This document shows, piece after piece, positions 11,401 to 22,889 of a DNA stretch of 64,000 nucleotides. Both the position numbers and the translations under genes were made by a program. The stretch lies in contig NC_059438.1 in NCBI RefSeq assembly GCF_021028975.2, positions 8,804,001 through 8,868,000 of the forward strand, in the 5' to 3' direction. The stretch is from Sphaerodactylus townsendi. Lineage: Eukaryota. The notes under the pieces are model-generated. The model had not been told where the DNA came from and ran no database searches. It saw only the letters and a list, made by a program, of their open reading frames with translations. Each line of letters begins with the position of its first letter. Positions within the stretch are counted from its first letter, which is position 1.

Positions 11401-14400
11401 TCCCCACTCTGCCACTTGAATTGTGGAGGCTTATCTGATGAACTAGACTAATCTGTGCACTCCAACACGCACCAGCTGGGTGACCTTGGGCTAGTCACAG
11501 TTCTTCAATGCTCTCTCAGCCTCACTTACCTCACAGGGTGTTTGTTTAAGGGTGGGTAGGGAAAGTAAAGGAGATTGTAAACTCCTTTGAATCTCCTTAC
11601 AGGAGAGAAAGGGGAGATATAAATCCAAACTCCTCCTCTTCTTCCTCTGCTGGATGTACTAAAAGCCTGAGCTATAAACCCTACAGTCCCAGATAAAACC
11701 TTGCTTCTGCTAGGAACTCAGTGGACTGCTGCTCAGCTTGCCCATTCCCTCTGTAAAGCGGGGATAATAAGAGCCAACCTTTCAGGGCTGTTGAACGGAT
11801 TGCTCAGACAATGCGCAGTGCTGTCTAGCTGGGACTTCAGCTTCTTCCCTAGCAAGCGAGTGCAATTTCATCCAGGAATAAAAAGAAACCAGAGAAGGGC
11901 CTGAACGACGCACCTCCCCTTCCAAATCCCCCGGGGAAAGGAAAAAAGCCACAGGGGCCCAACAGGTATCCCAACAGCTTGCAGGATTTCTGACCGCAGT
12001 CATGTTTTGTTGCTACGGGCTGCTGACAAAGCTCTGCCCCCTTTTCCTGCTGGGAGAGTTTTCAGCGTGCAAAGGCTGACGTGGATTTCCAGAGCCGACC
12101 TCCCCTCCCTTTTCTGGACTCTTCAAAACAGGCACACATGTGCAGACAATGGCTACAAAGGGGATCTTCGGAGCAGGTGCCGCTCGCTCCTCCGCAGCCA
12201 ACGCAGCAGTCTGGCCCCAGCGCCCCCAGCGCCAAAGAGAAAGGCTGCCAGCAAGAAAAAAAGGATCAGGCAGCCCAGTCGGTCTGGAGGCTGCTCTACG
12301 CTGGAGCCTCCCTGGTTTCCTCCTGAACGCAAGAGCCACGTGGGACACAACAGCTGCAGTGCCCTGCTGGAAGGGGCTCTGGGTGCCGAAGAAGAGTCAG
12401 CTTGCAGAAGCTCCTTGACAAAGCATCACACAAGTACAGGGGCAAGTTTAACCAGGTTCTCCAGAGGCAAAACAAGGAGGAGGAGGAATTTGGATTTATA
12501 TCCCCCTCCCCCTTCTCTCCTGTAAGGAGACTCAAAGGGGCTTACAATCTCCTCCCCCCCCCCCCCACACACACAACAAACACCCTGTGAGGTGGGTGTG
12601 GGTGAGAGAGCTCGGAGGAACTGTGACTAGCCCAAGGTCTGGGTGCAAGTGCAGAAGCTAATTTGGTTCACCAGATAAGCCTCCACAGCTCAAGTGGCAG
12701 AGCAGGGAATCAAACCCGGTTCTCCAGATTAGAGTGCACCTGCTCTTAAGCACTACCCCACTGTTGCTCTGTGCACCAGCATGAACTCAGAGGGGTTTCT
12801 TAGCCCTGGCCAGGCACAAGTCACAGACAAGACTGGAGAGGCACGGGAAAACAAGGCAAAGGGAGGGAGCTCAATTAATTTTAAAGGGACAGGCTTATTT
12901 TAATGCTAAATAGTGGAATGAATAAGTGGAATAATTTTAGGCACAGGTTTGGATTTTAGTATGTGTCATATGTCTTTCAATTTATGCTGAGAATTGCAGA
13001 GTTGTAAGAATTTGTACAGAATTTTCTGGTCTTTGACCGTAACAAATTGAATTGGGGAAAAAAAAAAACAAATTGGGAGGGAGCTCCAAATCATACATAA
13101 AGAAACACAAACTCTTCCATCATCCTTAGCCAGGGGTCCCCAAACTTTTTAAACCGGGGGCCAGTTCACTGTCCCTCAGACTGTTGGAGGGCCGGACTAA
13201 AAAAACACTATGAACAAATTCCTGTGCACAAATGATTGTAAAATGTTTGATTTCACCTTTCAGCCTTTCTGTCATGGTCTGTTTTTAGAACAGTGACCAA
13301 AGTATGTCAAGTACAGGGTGGGCTCCAAATATTGTTGGGGAGGCTGTGGAATACCTTCCCCTGTAAAAAAAAAAAAAGAGCAGAAATTTCCCAATGAAGC
13401 ATTCCATCTAACCCCGGATCAGGTATCTTCCTGGGTTCTTTCCTCCCCAGCAGCCAGCGAGCGATTCGCCAGCCTGGCTGATGCCAATGGGAGTGAGGCG
13501 GAACAGAAAGCCTGAGAGCAACACATGGAGTAGCTGAAAAAGAAGGGCGGAGCAGGCGTTGCCACATGTAAGGTTTCCAACTCCGGGTCAGAAAATTCAT
13601 GGAGATTTGGGGGTGCCATCATGTAACTGCAATCAACAGCCATTGGGGCCGGTTCCTAATCTCCCTTGAGCCCCCACTGCACATGAATGGAGCCATCACA
13701 GCCATACCTGGCGGGCCGGATAAATGCCTTCAGGGGGCCACATTTGGCCCCCGGGCCGTAGTTTGGGGACCCCTGTCCTTAGCTGAGAGCCCCTGCAACT
13801 CTAACCCAGAGGAGTCCCCAAAGGAGCTCTCTCTTTCTCTTTGCAGAACGCCACCCGGCAGCAGGGCAAAACGCCTGCAGTGACTGGAGTTGCATAGACG
13901 GCCTGAGGCACATTTTTAGAGCCACATCAGAGCTCCCCTTTTGGCTGCTGCTTCCCAAAAACTGGGGCCGTGCAGCTGCGCTCCCTCCCTGCCTCCACAA
14001 AGGCCCGGAACAGCTTAATGAAGGACAGATGCTGGCAGTGCCTGGCCCCGCCTTCCTCAAGGCAGGGAACCAATCATCCTCCCCCCCAGCTGAACCACCA
14101 TGGCCCTACCCTCCGTTTGGCGAGGAGTCGAGATGGAGCTTTGCCCAGAAGACAGGCTCCCAAAGCCCAGGGACTGGGGGGGAAGGAGTGTGACGGCTGG
14201 ACACCAGAAAAAGCTCCATGCTGCAAATGGCTATCGATTGCTTAAAAGCACAGGAAACACTTTTTGTGGCTGGCCAGCGGCCTATAAGGTCAGAAAACAC
14301 ACCCTTTTAAAAACAAGAGATTCCTTCCAACTGCATTCTTCTCAACGCTCACCTACGATCCTTTCCCAAAGAAGGTGAGCTCATGAGACCAGCTAATTTG

Positions 14401-17400
14401 CATGCACATCCCTGCACAAGCCAGCGGTTGCTGGCTTGGAGATCCAGAAATTGGCCATGGTGGCAGGGGCTGATGGGAATCGCAGTCCATGAACATCTGA
14501 GGCACCAGAGTTGGACACTCCCGCTACAGATCCACTACTCTCCTTAGGGGCCATTTCAAACTGCGGGCGGCTTCCAAACTTTGTCATTTCTCTCAGCCTG
14601 AGGCCATTTGGAGGTGATCTCCTAAAATGTAGCCCTCAAAAAAAAATCTGGCAGCAGACCAAGGTGGGTAACCATTTAAACCTGTGGATGTTTCTGCTAT
14701 GCCGTCAGAACTCTTGGAGAGGCAGGCTGAGGCCCCAGCTTTGCCTTGGGGGAAAAAGATTCTCTAATGGCTCTTAAATCCAGTAGTCTGTATGACATCA
14801 TCCGGAGAGGAATTAAGTTCATTGTTTACACGGCAGAGGACAATTTGCTGCCCTCTGGCGGCTGGGAACAGGCAGATACTCAGCTTCTCGCTTGCAACCT
14901 GAACAGCAGCATTGGTGTGGAAAGGGGATTCTCGCCACACTCACAAACCTGATCCGAGGTCCAACCGAAACCTTCACCTGCTTTTTGCTAAGGCTTATTC
15001 CGATCAGCATCAAATGATGAGATTGAGGTCCAAAGCAAACAACTCTGCAAGGCTTACAACACTGGGATCATGGCAGGATGTAGCCTGCCACTGTTGAGAG
15101 TGCTAGTTTTCTTCCTGCAAGCTAGAAAGCAAGCAGAAAGAAAGCTGATCCTGTATGGCAAGGATTGTAACAGGAAACGGGGTCATCTTCGGGGGGGGGG
15201 GGCATCCCCAGAACTCCACTTTGCTTTGAGCTATCCAGCCAACAGCATTGGTATATCTAGCAGGAATGGTACAGGATTCTGCAGTTACACGCAGGGAATA
15301 CAGAGACGGTTCTGTTTCCTTGGGAGCTCTGGTCATTTCATGGCAACTCCCAGGATGGTGTCCTTTGTACAGGGCTGATCAAAAATACAGACTGAAAAAG
15401 AAACATTGGCTAATGCTTTAAAGAAGTGCTGAGGAAGAGAAGAAAATCCACGAGGATTCCTGGTTACCAAGAAACAAAGGTGGTTTCGCTAACCCAGCAA
15501 TTTGCTCTGTGCGAAGTGCATGCCTTTCAGTAAAGTCCAAGTCTGAACAAGAGGGAGTTGCCTCAAAAGCCAAACTCTACCCCCTGGTTAGCTGTCTTAA
15601 CCAACCTGGGAAGCATCAAAGGGCTGTGTAAGTTACAGGCTTAGAGATGTAATTTCAGAGATCAAAGTGAGAAAGGAAGAACAGAAAATTGGATGCTCTA
15701 CCTTCTAGGCAAAGGTAAGGAGAGCACTGTTGAATGATGGGGGCCTCTCCCATCAGGATCAGAGAAAGGAGCATTTTACAGCCTCCTATACCTGCAGGTG
15801 GAAGGAACTCTTTGGGTTAGAGACTTCCAGAGCAGAAATTGGGGAGGGGCTATAGTCCAGAGGTGGATCATCTGCTTGGCATACAAAAGGTCACAGGTTT
15901 AACCCCCAAGGTCTCCAACTAAAAGGACCAGATGGCCGGTGATGTGAAATACCTCTACCAGAGACCCTGAAAAGCCACTGCCACTCTGAGTAGACAATAA
16001 TGACTTTGATGGACCAACAGTCTGCCTCTTAGAAGCCTGCATTCTTGCTCAGTCTGAGGTTTGCGCTGACTTAGCCGGCCCTTCTGCATCTCTGTACAAG
16101 GCGCAGCACCCGGCTGGAGGCCCTGAGATGCAGAAGAAACATCCATGAGCCAGTGCAGGGTTCAGACTGAGCAAGAATGCAGGCTTATAAGAGGCAGCTG
16201 GGAACAGGAACCATTGCAGAAGCAACTCTATGAAACAGCCTGATAGTTTCTTTAACGTTTGCTCTTGGACTGAAGATTTGGCTTTGTGGACCTGGACCAG
16301 ATTGATTGATCTGTTTTGCTCAACTGATACCCCTTGCTCTGAACTGCTTTCCCCAAAAGTGAAAGTTAGCTTTTTATACCCTCTGCCAGTTCTCAGCAAA
16401 CAACTGTAGCCAGAGACTCCTGTGTGCTCAGCCAATCACGACACCTCCCTTGAAAACCCTGCAAAGGTTGCCGTAAGTCCACTGCAGCTTGACAGAACTT
16501 TCCACTCCCAAGCTGCATAACGTGGACATCAAGGGTTCCACAGCAGCACCTGCAAACCCATGCAGGTGCAACTGGGAAGGCAGGGGCTGGAACCAAGGTC
16601 TCCCACATACAAAGGAAACGCCCAAGTGATCTTCACACCCCTTTGTAGCATCACTCTGCCTACAGCAAGACTGTAGCTCAGGCAGTGAGTCTCTTCCACC
16701 TAAGGTAAAGGTTAGGGTTAGAGACCCATGATCCCCCAAACTCAACTGATTTCAAAGGTGAAGTTAGCCCCATTTCCACCCTCTACAGCAGAACCATGGC
16801 CTTCCTGCAACCTTCAACACTGTATGACGAAAATGCCAGGTTCTTACCCAGAACTTGTAGGATGAGAAACTGGGGTGACCGTCTTTTGGTCTTGCTTTTT
16901 CAGAAAGTCCTGGGCTTCTTTGGATGAAGCATCTACTTCCTTAGTGATCCTGTTACAAAGAGAAGAGAGAACAAAGGCAGACAATAAATGCAGCAACATT
17001 TCTGCACGGCCAAAACCAGAGAGAGAAGGTGAGCAAGCTACAGAAAGGCCTCCAAGACGTAAACTGGCCATCAACTTTCACCCCAGGCCAAACTAGCATT
17101 CCTTTCCTTGCTCCCTTATTTTCAGAACCTAAATGAACTACTTTGTCGAGGGCTTCTGGATCAGAACACCAACATTATGAACTCCTTCCCAAGGCATTTG
17201 TCCCTTCCATCACAGGCCCCTTCCAACACAGTTCTTCTGCCAGTGATTGAAGATCATTGATCCTCCACCTAAACATCAGGAAAAGCTTTGACAGTAAAGG
17301 CTGTTTCACAGTGGAATTCACTGCCTCCAAGTGTGGTGGAGTCTCCTGCTTTGGAGGTTTTTAAAGAGAGGCTGGATGGTCATCTGTCAGGAGTGCTTTG

Positions 17401-20400
17401 ATCGTGGTAAGTTCGCCTGGCAGGGGTTGATTCAGGATAGGAACCTCGTCTGTTCCAGGGAGCTACAATTCCCATCAGCCTCTATCAGCATGGCCAATTG
17501 GCCATTCTGGTAAGGGCTGATGGGAATTGTAGTTCCTGAACATCTGGAGAGCCGCAGGTTCCCTACCCCTGGACTAGATGGTCCTTGGGGTCTCTTCCAA
17601 CTCAATGATTCTATTCGATGATTCCCTTCCTGCCCTATGTTTTAATTGCCAGCTTTGTGTTTTTATAGAAACGTTTTACTACTGTTTTTTTATGATGCGT
17701 TTTACAATATTCTCCTTCTTTTAGTCACCTTCGTGGCTAACAGCAGAAAGGTAGGTATCCATTTTTAAGTAAATAAATGTGATCAAATGGGCTGGATTTT
17801 TTAAATGGGCTGGATTTAACAACCCAGAAAATCCAAAACTCCCAGAAGCAGGATCCTTTGCTCAGACTTCCTAGACGAACAAATCCATTTCAAGGTCCCT
17901 TCAAGTTTTCTATCCAGATGTTTCTTTTAACACAGGCAGGTTTTAGGTGAACAGTGCACCAAATGAAGGCCATAATGCACACCTTTTCGAAGCTGAAGCA
18001 GCAACAGGCCAGACTTACCTCACCTCCTCGCCTGCAAAGTCAAACACTTCAGTAATGGCGACTTTGGGCTTCTGGGGCTCCTGTGCCACCTCCCGAGGCT
18101 TGCAAGAATTTTTCTCTGCTGGCTAAGAAACGGGTGAAAAATCACGTTTGTCAAAATGCCAGAACCAGCCTGAACTCTCACATTCACCACACTCTCTTCC
18201 TGAATACCTGAAGCACTCTGTGCTACCCCCAATTTCTCTATTGCTGATCAGTAGCTTCTTTGCAAACTCTACTATTTAAAAAGATTTCTGCCCTACGCTC
18301 TCCATAGAAACATGTTTTTATTTTACAGAATTTGTACCCCGCTTTCCTGCCCTCATAAGGCACCAAAGCAGCTAACAAATTAAAACACAATAAAATCACA
18401 TCTTAAAAACACGAACACCAAGAACGAAGAATATTACACCAAATAAAGCCGCGACTAAAATACATACAGAATTAAAACTTTGGGCAGGAAGAAGAGTTTG
18501 GATTTATACCCCACCTTTCTCTCCAGTAGGGAGACTCAAAGTGGCTTACAAGCTCCTTTCCCTTCCTCTCTCCACAATAGACACGTTGGCCGTATCTGCA
18601 CGGCCCGTTTACGACGGCCTGGGGGCGCCAAAAAAGGCGCCCCCAGGCCGCCGTTCGCACAGGCGCCGCTGCTGCAACGCAGCAGCGGCGACCTGACGCC
18701 TCTTCCCTCCCCCCAGGGCGGCCAGCCGCTTTTAAACAACAACCCTTTAAAGGGTTGTTGTTGGGATCATCTTCCTATGCGATGCAGAAGGCGAACCGGG
18801 CCAGCTGAAGACGCTTCTCGCTTCATTAGTTTTCAGCAGTGGGAAGCGCAGTTCAGCCACACTGTCCTCCCACCTCCAGGGTCGGAGGGCAGCGCGGGCG
18901 GGCTGCGACGCTCCGCAGGCTTAATTTCGAGGAAGACACAGTAAGTGGGCGGGAGGGCGCAGAGGCGGCTCTGTGCGGAGCCGCCCTGCCTTCTGCCGGC
19001 CTCCCCGTTGCCTGCTCGCACGCTTGCGTGCGAAGCTTCTCATCACGCCGACGGAACTCCTGCCGCGTAGCCGAGGGGGCCGTGCAGAAACGGCCCTTGT
19101 GAGGTAGGTGGGGCTGAAAGGGAAACATCATCACAAAGGCAACACTTATAACACAGGCCAGTGGCAAAGCAGGCCTATTTATAGAATCCTCCCTTGCCAT
19201 GGACATCTTGGGATTGCAGAGATGAAACAACGTGCAAATGTTACAACTCAAGATGTTAGTTTCAAAAAAACTCTGTGCAAATAACTCAGAAATGCACAAA
19301 AATGAAAAGGCAAAATACCAACAAAAGACGACTGGATGCTGAAAGTTACAGAACAAGCAGAAAGGGGAACACCGACAGCATTAGATAACAGTTTGAACAA
19401 TTTTTTTTACAAAACTGGAAAGAAACCCTTTACAGAATACCTTTTGAAAATCTACTCAATAGAGAAATAGTGTCAGGGTTTGAAAAATCTAAACAGTGGA
19501 TAATAACTGCCAGTGGATAGTAACTACCAGAAGGCATTTAAGAAAGAATTATTGTCATGTCAACTGTATGCATTGAAGTTAAAGTTGACCTGTAGTCAAA
19601 GTTGAGATAGCTGGAAGTCACCTGACGATGCATAATGATTCTGGGGTTTTTTGGGGGGAGGGGGGGTTTGTTTTTGTGTTTTATGTTATCTTTTTATGTG
19701 AGAAAATAAAATTTATTATCAAAAGATTCTATAGGCTTCACAAACATGCCTGCTATACCTTCTCTGCCCTGGCCTAGACTGCTCTCACCTTGTCTTTCTG
19801 TGCACAGGTCACTTGATCTCCAGTAGCGGCTCTGGGTTTCTGGCCCACATCGCTGAGAAAGGTGGCCCAGAGAGCCTCCTCCTTTTTCTTTTTCTCCTCT
19901 TCTTTTACAACTGGGCAACTTTCTTCTGGTTCGCTGCCATCCTTGCTGTCACTGGCCTCCTCTTTTGAAGTTTCGCCACCTGGTTCTAAGGAGAGGCTGT
20001 TTCCTTTGCGCCTAAGGATAAATGTCATCAAAACTCATGTGCGACAGCCATTGCCTGTGGGTTATCACCTACAAAACGTTACCTTTCACACGCCCAAACA
20101 CAGTATATATTGCATAATTTGCAATGCTTCATATACATTGATTATTAGGAATCCTCAACATAGTCCAACAAAAGAAACTGATACAGGTGTTCCTATATTA
20201 AAGATATGGAGCGATGGGGAGGGGAGGAAAGAGGCTTAGAGACTAGTTTGCTTAAGAGGCAACATGTGAATCTGCGACCTCTCAGGTCACAGCTTACTAC
20301 ATTAACTGTTTAAATCAAACCATTCTCTTTGCCTTAGTTTCAGAGATGAACCTCAGCTAGGCTGAAAGATTCAAATGCAAACGAGTGACAGTATTTATGT

Positions 20401-21999
20401 ATTTCAGTGTGAGTTCTATAGGCCAGAATGACAAGAGCTGAGAGGAGGCTATTTTAACAGACGGAGCTGCAGCTCTGCTAGGACACTAAGATCAGCACAA
20501 GAACTGTCAGGAATATTAACTGTAGACAGAATTCAGTCTACATATATCCTACAAGGTAGCCTGGAAGCCAATGCAAGTTTATGCTAAGTTCTGTCCTTGC
20601 CAGCATCTCAGTGATTATTTGACCCTTCTTCTAGCTTCATTTTCCAAAGCTCCAGCACAAAAAGCACAACCAATATCTCCTGCCCACTGACACACAGTGA
20701 AGCCAGAGAGTGCCTACCGGCCTGTTGTCCCCTTGAAATGCTTTTTGCACTTTTCCCCGTGTGACAGCTTCTCCTCCTGCTCATCCTCTTCCACCAGTTC
20801 ATTCACATCATCTTCACTGTAATCTTCACCTGCATTAAGAGAGCTACAGTTACCAAACAGATCATTCAGGACTGGGGATCCAAGAACACATCTTAACAAG
20901 GGAACAAAAAAGAGGGAACCAGCAAGGCCACAGGACAGGATGGTCTGTTTGGTCATGTCCCCAACTTTAGTTGTATATCCTACTCTTACCTAGGCTCTTG
21001 GGCTGCCAGCACATTGGCTTACACCACCCCAAATTCTCTATCCCTAAAAAAGAAATCACACACTTACACAGAATCATCAACTTAACACTGGGTCAAAAAA
21101 GTTTGCCCGTGTTTAAGTCTCACCCTATAACACAGACTGGCTCATCTAGCTTAGTACTGTCTCCTCTAACTAGCAGCTACTATATGGGAATTCTGGTGCA
21201 GAATAATCTTTCTTCAAGACATTATCCTTTAACAAGAGACACCATGACCTGAACTGGGACCTTTCAATTGCAAAGTTCTTCCACCTCCAAGCAAAGGTTT
21301 CTCAAGGATTTAACAAATATGCAGACAAATTTTTGTAAGACGGAATCCCTCACACGGTGCTTCCCAAATTGCCACTGGAGGGAACTTTTTTCCTGCAGTA
21401 AAGTTAAAAGCACACTTCCCCGTTAGGGTTGCCAACAATACCTTGGGGAATTCCAGGATGGGAAGGTGCCTGAGGAGGGAATGGATGCCATACTACAGAT
21501 ATCACACTTTGAAGTTGCCATTTGCTCCAAGGAAACAGATTTCTCTGGTCTGGAGGAGCAGCAGTGGCGTAGTGGTTAAGAGCAGGTGCACTCTAATCTG
21601 GAACCGGGTTTGATTCCCTGCTCTACCGCCTGAGCTATGGAGGCTTATCTGGGAATTTCAGAATAGCCTGTGCACTCCAACACATGCCAGCTGGGTGACC
21701 TTGGGCTAGTCACAGTTCTTCTGAGCTCTCTCAGCCCCACCTACCTCACAGGGTGTTTATTGTGAGGGGGGGAGGGGAAGGAGTTTGCGAGCCCCTTTGA
21801 GTCTCCTACAGGAAAGAAAAGGGGGATATAAATCCAATTCTTCTTCTTCTTTACTTGTAATTCCGGGAGAACTCCAGGCCTTATCTGGAGGTTGGCAACC
21901 CCATTGTCTTTTCTCCCTAAGGGCAGGAGGAAGAAGGAACCCACCTGAAGGAAGGTAATCTTCATCTTCCTCCGAGGAGGAGTATTCCGAATCCGACAT
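8321..21999 (-). CDS. CFDP1: Craniofacial development protein 1 (BCNT/CFDP1), 7 coding exons, 281 aa
   Basis: Exons 21999-21945, 20829-20718, 20011-19789, 18122-18019, 16949-16848, 9985-9827, 8411-8321 (846 nt). All GT-AG with compatible phases. Acidic N-terminus [28 protein letters not shown] motif, and BCNT-C domain [12 protein letters not shown]...[30 protein letters not shown]. Confidence 0.97.
9316..9615 (-). mobile_element. Squam3-like SINE
   Basis: Matches the other copies in the window. Confidence 0.85.
9827..9985 (-). CDS. CFDP1: CFDP1 exon 6 (BCNT-C domain)
   Basis: [52 protein letters not shown](G). Confidence 0.96.
11341..11647 (+). mobile_element. Squam3-like SINE
   Basis: Matches the other copies in the window. 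Confidence 0.85.
12476..12770 (-). mobile_element. Squam3-like SINE
   Basis: Matches the other copies in the window. Confidence 0.85.
13131..13775. mobile_element. Non-autonomous hAT/Charlie element (OC1-like termini)
   Basis: TIR CAGGGGTCCCCAAACT...AGTTTGGGGACCCCTG, perfect 8-bp TSD TCCTTAGC. Confidence 0.88.
16848..16949 (-). CDS. CFDP1: CFDP1 exon 5
   Basis: [19 protein letters not shown]..., donor GTAAG. Confidence 0.93.
17421..17571. mobile_element. Palindromic hAT MITE (CAGGGGTAGGGAACCTG family) in a CR1 3' end; other copies at ~30400-30555, 34987-35134, ~36570-36719 and 56557-~56710
   Basis: Central GCATGGCCAATTGGCCATGC dyad, with a near-identical arm in all copies. Confidence 0.8.
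18019..18122 (-). CDS. CFDP1: CFDP1 exon 4
   Basis: [34 protein letters not shown](R), donor GTAAGT. Confidence 0.93.
18588..19095. mobile_element. CpG-rich PIF/Harbinger-like MITE inserted into a SINE in CFDP1 intron 3
   Basis: TIR GGCCGT(A/T)TCTGCACGGCCC, probable 3-bp TSD; splits a SINE (18487-18587 / 19096-19120). Confidence 0.72.
19789..20011 (-). CDS. CFDP1: CFDP1 exon 3
   Basis: ...[23 protein letters not shown]..., AG/GT borders. Confidence 0.92.
20718..20829 (-). CDS. CFDP1: CFDP1 exon 2
   Basis: [19 protein letters not shown]..., AG/GT borders, phase 1 to 2. Confidence 0.92.
21554..21850 (+). mobile_element. Squam3-like SINE in CFDP1 intron 1
   Basis: Full-length copy with TTC tail, ~95 bp from the exon 1 donor. 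Confidence 0.85.
21945..21999 (-). CDS. CFDP1: CFDP1 coding exon 1
   Basis: [18 protein letters not shown](G), donor GTGGGT. Confidence 0.93.
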
Positions 22000-22735
22000 G
22001 GCTCTTCCAAGTACAGCTCAAGCCCCTACAGCTCAAAACAGGATGCGGCCAGGATTGCTTCCGAAATCATAGAGAACCAAGCCAAAGCGACGAGCGAAGC
22101 CCCACGAAAACAGGAAATAGCCGTGGGTCCAAAAAAGATCCGGCGCCACCTGGCGGTAATCAATGAAAGGACGCGAGCGATCATACAGCTCTGGTAGAAA
22201 GTCGTGACGTCATTGCTCCAACTGACCTATGGCAAGCAATCAGATGGAAACCGGAAGTGAAGGTTTCCTGAATTATTTTTTAGAAAGGCCTACGAAGCTT
22301 CAGAAAGGGTAGTAACGGAAGTATACAATGTATGGAGAAATTGGGACCAAGGGTACCAAGGGAAGGTACCAAACATCGCCCACCTATCCACTTGTTTCCT
22401 TCCTCATTCAACTATTGAATTCGGTTACATAAAGACCAATTCAAAATGGCGTCCTGAGACCAGCGGTCGCGTGAAGAGAGCGCAGCCAATATAGAGCCAA
22501 GCTTTGGGCCACGTGACACTGTTTCTCCCGAACGCAGTATCCTTTTGAAAACGCCGCAGAAAGAGTGACACCTGACCTGACCAATCGTCCTCTGCATCGT
22601 CACTTTCGGATTCTCCTTCCTACTATTTTCATACAGAACGCAAGGAAGAGCGACGCTTCGCTTAGCGGAAGAAGGGAGGGAGCCGAGGGACGCTCTGCCT
22701 GCTTTCTTCTCTATGGCGCTGCTTAGGGTTGGCTG
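22000..22735. promoter_or_regulatory. CpG-rich bidirectional promoter between CFDP1 and TMEM170A
   Basis: CTCF-like CCGCCAGGTGGCGC (minus, ~22143-22156), CRE TGACGTCA 22205-22212, ETS/GABP CCGGAAGTG 22251-22259, YY1 CAAAATGGCG 22442-22451, three CCAAT boxes (~22436, 22486, 22581), E-box CACGTG 22510-22515; no obvious TATA box. Confidence 0.85.
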
Positions 22736-22889
22736 ATGGCGACGGAGGCGACGGTGGCGGCATGGACCGGGGCGGCGGCAGGGCTTCCGGTGGCTCACCC
22801 ACCGGGGGTCCTGCAAAAGATCTTCAGCCTGAGCTTGGTGGCGCCGGAGGGCAATGCCACGTGCTCCGTCGCCTTCTGCCAGTTCCCAG
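22736..22889 (+). CDS. TMEM170A: TMEM170A exon 1 (start may instead be 22762)
   Basis: VLQKIFSLSLV...GNATCSVAFCQFP, donor GTGGGC. Confidence 0.8.

Noticed and set aside
21554-21630. tRNA gene (A/B-box-like sequence)
   Set aside because: It is the head of the Squam3-like SINE repeated about 10 times in the window
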